Source: an uncultured Bacteroides sp.
Lineage (GTDB): Bacteria > Bacteroidota > Bacteroidia > Bacteroidales > JACABE01
Reading direction: 5' to 3'
Length of the DNA stretch: 64,000 bases
Assembly: GCA_964496885.1 (NCBI GenBank)
Contig: CAZCBG010000003.1
Coordinates: 16,952 to 80,951, forward strand
A model generated the notes under the pieces. The model had not been told where the DNA came from. It saw only the letters and a list, made by a program, of their open reading frames with translations, and did no database searches. The first letter of the stretch is position 1, and every line of letters starts with the position of its first letter. Of the stretch, positions 61,821-64,000 are shown in pieces. The position numbers were made by a program, and so were the translations under genes.

Positions 61821-63452
61821 CTACAAATGTGGTCCGGCTTCAACCAAGCGTTTACCTTCCTCATTATCGGTAAAACTTTCGAAATTTTTGATAAATTTTT
61901 CTGCAAGAATACGTGCCTGAACATCCCAAGCTGTTGGGTCTTCCCATAAATTACGGGGATTCAGTAAAGCTGCATTTACATTGTTGACAGCTTTTGGTAT
62001 CGAAAGTCCGAATATTGAAATATTTTCATATTCAGCATTGTCCAAAGAACCATCCAGTATAGCATCAATAATAGCTCGGGTCGAAGGTATATCAATTCTT
62101 TTTCCAACCCCGTAAGGTCCACCTATCCAGCCTGTATTAACCAGATAAGCTGTTGACCCATGAGCTTCTATTTTGCGAATTAACTCTCTGGCGTAAACAG
62201 TTGGGTGTAACAATAAAAAAGCAGCTCCAAAACAGGAAGAAAATGTAGGTGTAGGTTCTTTAATACCCCTTTCGGTACCTGCAACTTTGGCTGTATATCC
62301 ACTCAAAAACTGGTACATGGTTTGGTCTTTGGTGAGTTTTGAAACCGGAGGCAAAACGCCGAAAGCATCTGCTGTTAAGAATATAATTTTTTTCGCATGC
62401 CCTCCTTTTGAAACTGGTTTTACAATATTGTTGATATGATAAATAGGGTAGGAGACCCGCGTGTTTTCCGTTTTTGATCCATCCTCAAATAATATATCAC
62501 CGGTTTTTTCATTGTAGGCCAGGTTTTCTAACAAAGCATCACGTTTAATGGAATTGTAAATATCTGGTTCATTTTCTTTGCTGAGGTTGATGCATTTAGC
62601 ATAACAGCCTCCTTCAAAATTAAAAACACCGTTGTCGTCCCAGCCATGCTCATCATCACCAATCAACATACGTTTAGGATCTGCAGAAAGGGTAGTTTTA
62701 CCTGTTCCCGACAAACCGAAAAATACTGCAGTATCACCATCTTTCCCCATATTGGCAGAACAATGCATAGATGCAATACCTTTTAATGGAAGGAAATAAT
62801 TCATGATTGAGAAAAACCCTTTTTTAATTTCGCCACCGTACCAGGTTCCACCAACAACAGCTCTTCGTTCTTTAATATTAAAAACAGTATATACATCACT
62901 ATGTAAATTGTGCGCTTGCCAATTTTTATTGGTTGTTTTGCAGGCATTCAACATAACAAAATCGGGTTCAAATCCTACCAATTCTTCTTCAGTGGGACGA
63001 ATAAACATGTTTTTAACAAAATGAGCCATCCAAGCTACTTCTGTTACAACTCTTATCTTTAATCGTGTATCTTCATTGGTACCTGCAAAACCATCCATTA
63101 CATAAATTTTCTTATTATTCAGTTGGTTAACGGAATTGTCGTATAATTCTTTCCAAATAGTTTCGGAAATAGGTTTGTTGTCAGATGATTTTCTATAAGG
63201 ATTTGCCCACCAGATATTGGCTTTTGATTCGTTTTCTTCAACAATGTATTTGTCCTTTGGAGAACGACCGGTAAATATTCCTGTATCAACCGTTACAGCA
63301 CCGGTACTAGTTACAAATCCTTTTTCGTAACCTTCTAAAGCAGGATTGGTTTCATGTTTATATAATTCATCAAAAGAAAGATTGTAATATAATTCTTTAA
63401 CTTGGTCAATTCCATATGATTTTAATGCGGTTTTAATATTTTCCATATTCAT
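61821..63452 (-). CDS. pckA: phosphoenolpyruvate carboxykinase (ATP)
   Basis: 543 aa with the kinase-1a motif [13 protein letters not shown], plus IGDDEHGW and LVNTGW. Confidence 0.95.
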   Translation of the reverse strand: MNMENIKTALKSYGIDQVKELYYNLSFDELYKHETNPALEGYEKGFVTSTGAVTVDTGIFTGRSPKDKYIVEENESKANIWWANPYRKSSDNKPISETIWKELYDNSVNQLNNKKIYVMDGFAGTNEDTRLKIRVVTEVAWMAHFVKNMFIRPTEEELVGFEPDFVMLNACKTTNKNWQAHNLHSDVYTVFNIKERRAVVGGTWYGGEIKKGFFSIMNYFLPLKGIASMHCSANMGKDGDTAVFFGLSGTGKTTLSADPKRMLIGDDEHGWDDNGVFNFEGGCYAKCINLSKENEPDIYNSIKRDALLENLAYNEKTGDILFEDGSKTENTRVSYPIYHINNIVKPVSKGGHAKKIIFLTADAFGVLPPVSKLTKDQTMYQFLSGYTAKVAGTERGIKEPTPTFSSCFGAAFLLLHPTVYARELIRKIEAHGSTAYLVNTGWIGGPYGVGKRIDIPSTRAIIDAILDGSLDNAEYENISIFGLSIPKAVNNVNAALLNPRNLWEDPTAWDVQARILAEKFIKNFESFTDNEEGKRLVEAGPHL

Positions 63453-63676
63453 AATTAATTAAATAGTTTTAAAGTCCTTTTTTAAAAGCATAAAAAGCAA
63501 GAATTATGTAATTAATTGAAAGCGTTAAAACTATTGAAAAACTACCTTTTAGAGGTAATTTTTCTGATTTGTTTACTTAATATTTAATTTTTTAACAAAA
63601 ATACAATTTTTTTTTAAGCACTAAAGTTAATGATTAATAATTTTTATTTTTTTTATTATAAAACTAATTGAATTTT

Positions 63677-63684
63677 TATCTTTG
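63677..63684 (+). promoter_or_regulatory. -7 promoter box TATCTTTG for the malic enzyme gene
   Basis: Matches TAnnTTTG, 20 nt before the ATG at 63705. Confidence 0.5.
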
Positions 63685-63704
63685 CACATCAATTTTTAAG
63701 AATT

Positions 63705-64000
63705 ATGGAAAAAATTAAATTAAATCTAGAAAATCTGGATAACGTATTTCCAGATAATTTTACTCCCGAACAGATAGCAAAAGCTAAAACATTGTTTCTA
63801 AAACGATTATCTATCAAAGCACATCAGTTTTATGGTGGGAAAATCCAAACTGTAGCTAAAGCACCCGTGCTTGGCTTTAACTGGTTCAATGTATGGTATA
63901 CTCCGGGTGTTTCAAAAGTTTCAACTGATATCAGGGATAATAACGTTACTTCTTACGATTTGTCCAATCGTGGCAATTTAGTTGCTGTAGTTAGCGACTC
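63705..64000 (+). CDS. NAD(P)-dependent malic enzyme, N-terminal 98 codons (runs off the right edge)
   Basis: Not in the ORF track because no stop lies in the window. My translation is MEKIKLNLENLDNVFPDNF...FYGGKIQTVAKAPVLGFNWFNVWYTPGVSKVSTDIRDNNVTSYDLSNRGNLVAVVSD. YTPGV and GNLVAVVSD are malic-enzyme N-terminal signatures. Confidence 0.75.
   Translation, partial: MEKIKLNLENLDNVFPDNFTPEQIAKAKTLFLKRLSIKAHQFYGGKIQTVAKAPVLGFNWFNVWYTPGVSKVSTDIRDNNVTSYDLSNRGNLVAVVSD

Noticed and set aside
61697-61924. 75-aa minus-strand ORF overlapping the pckA 3' end and the bidirectional terminator
   Set aside because: It overlaps pckA out of frame and runs across the 10-bp terminator stem (61772-61800). It has no motifs.
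1-64000. Searches by eye for CRISPR arrays, transposase or integrase genes, rRNA, toxin-antitoxin pairs and classical defence-system genes
   Set aside because: No regularly spaced direct repeats were found. No DDE, tyrosine or serine recombinase motifs appear in any ORF. There are no rRNA-like conserved blocks, and the only tRNA is Leu(UAG) at 50492-50573. Nothing supports a mobile element or a known defence island in this window.

Overview
AT-rich chromosomal segment that reads as Bacteroidota: a SusC/SusD pair, many lipoproteins with a Cys lipobox, TAnnTTTG promoter boxes, and LruC, DUF4159 and DUF4290 families. It is probably an anaerobe, given a ferredoxin-linked 2-oxoacid oxidoreductase, citrate lyase, a radical SAM enzyme and ATP-PEPCK. 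I call 53 protein genes, two of them cut by the window edges and one a 55-codon lipoprotein gene missing from the ORF track. I also call one tRNA-Leu(UAG), about 11 hairpin terminators and about 15 promoter boxes. I saw no CRISPR array, transposase, integrase or rRNA. Most genes are housekeeping: rsmG, rlmI, pdxH, recG, uvrA, ruvB, rsmE, upp, radC, murA, pckA and a malic enzyme. Accessory content includes two tandem TonB-dependent receptors next to a LytS/LytTR two-component pair. It also includes a four-gene SusC/SusD plus two-lipoprotein locus with no glycan-degrading enzymes, two LruC-domain paralogues, a fused citD-citE plus citF citrate lyase, and an LtaS-like/lipid-kinase operon. The standout is 40.1-46.5 kb. 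There a 1322-aa single-module NRPS has the architecture of epsilon-poly-L-lysine synthetase (A-T followed by three [2 TM + beta-helix] modules, with no C or TE domain). Its hand-derived specificity code, DAESIGTVIK, is Lys-like. It is transcribed divergently from a B12-type radical SAM enzyme that has an unusual CX4CX2C cluster motif and is translationally coupled to a DUF2185/Imm33-like protein. All family assignments come from motif recognition by eye; no database search was run.
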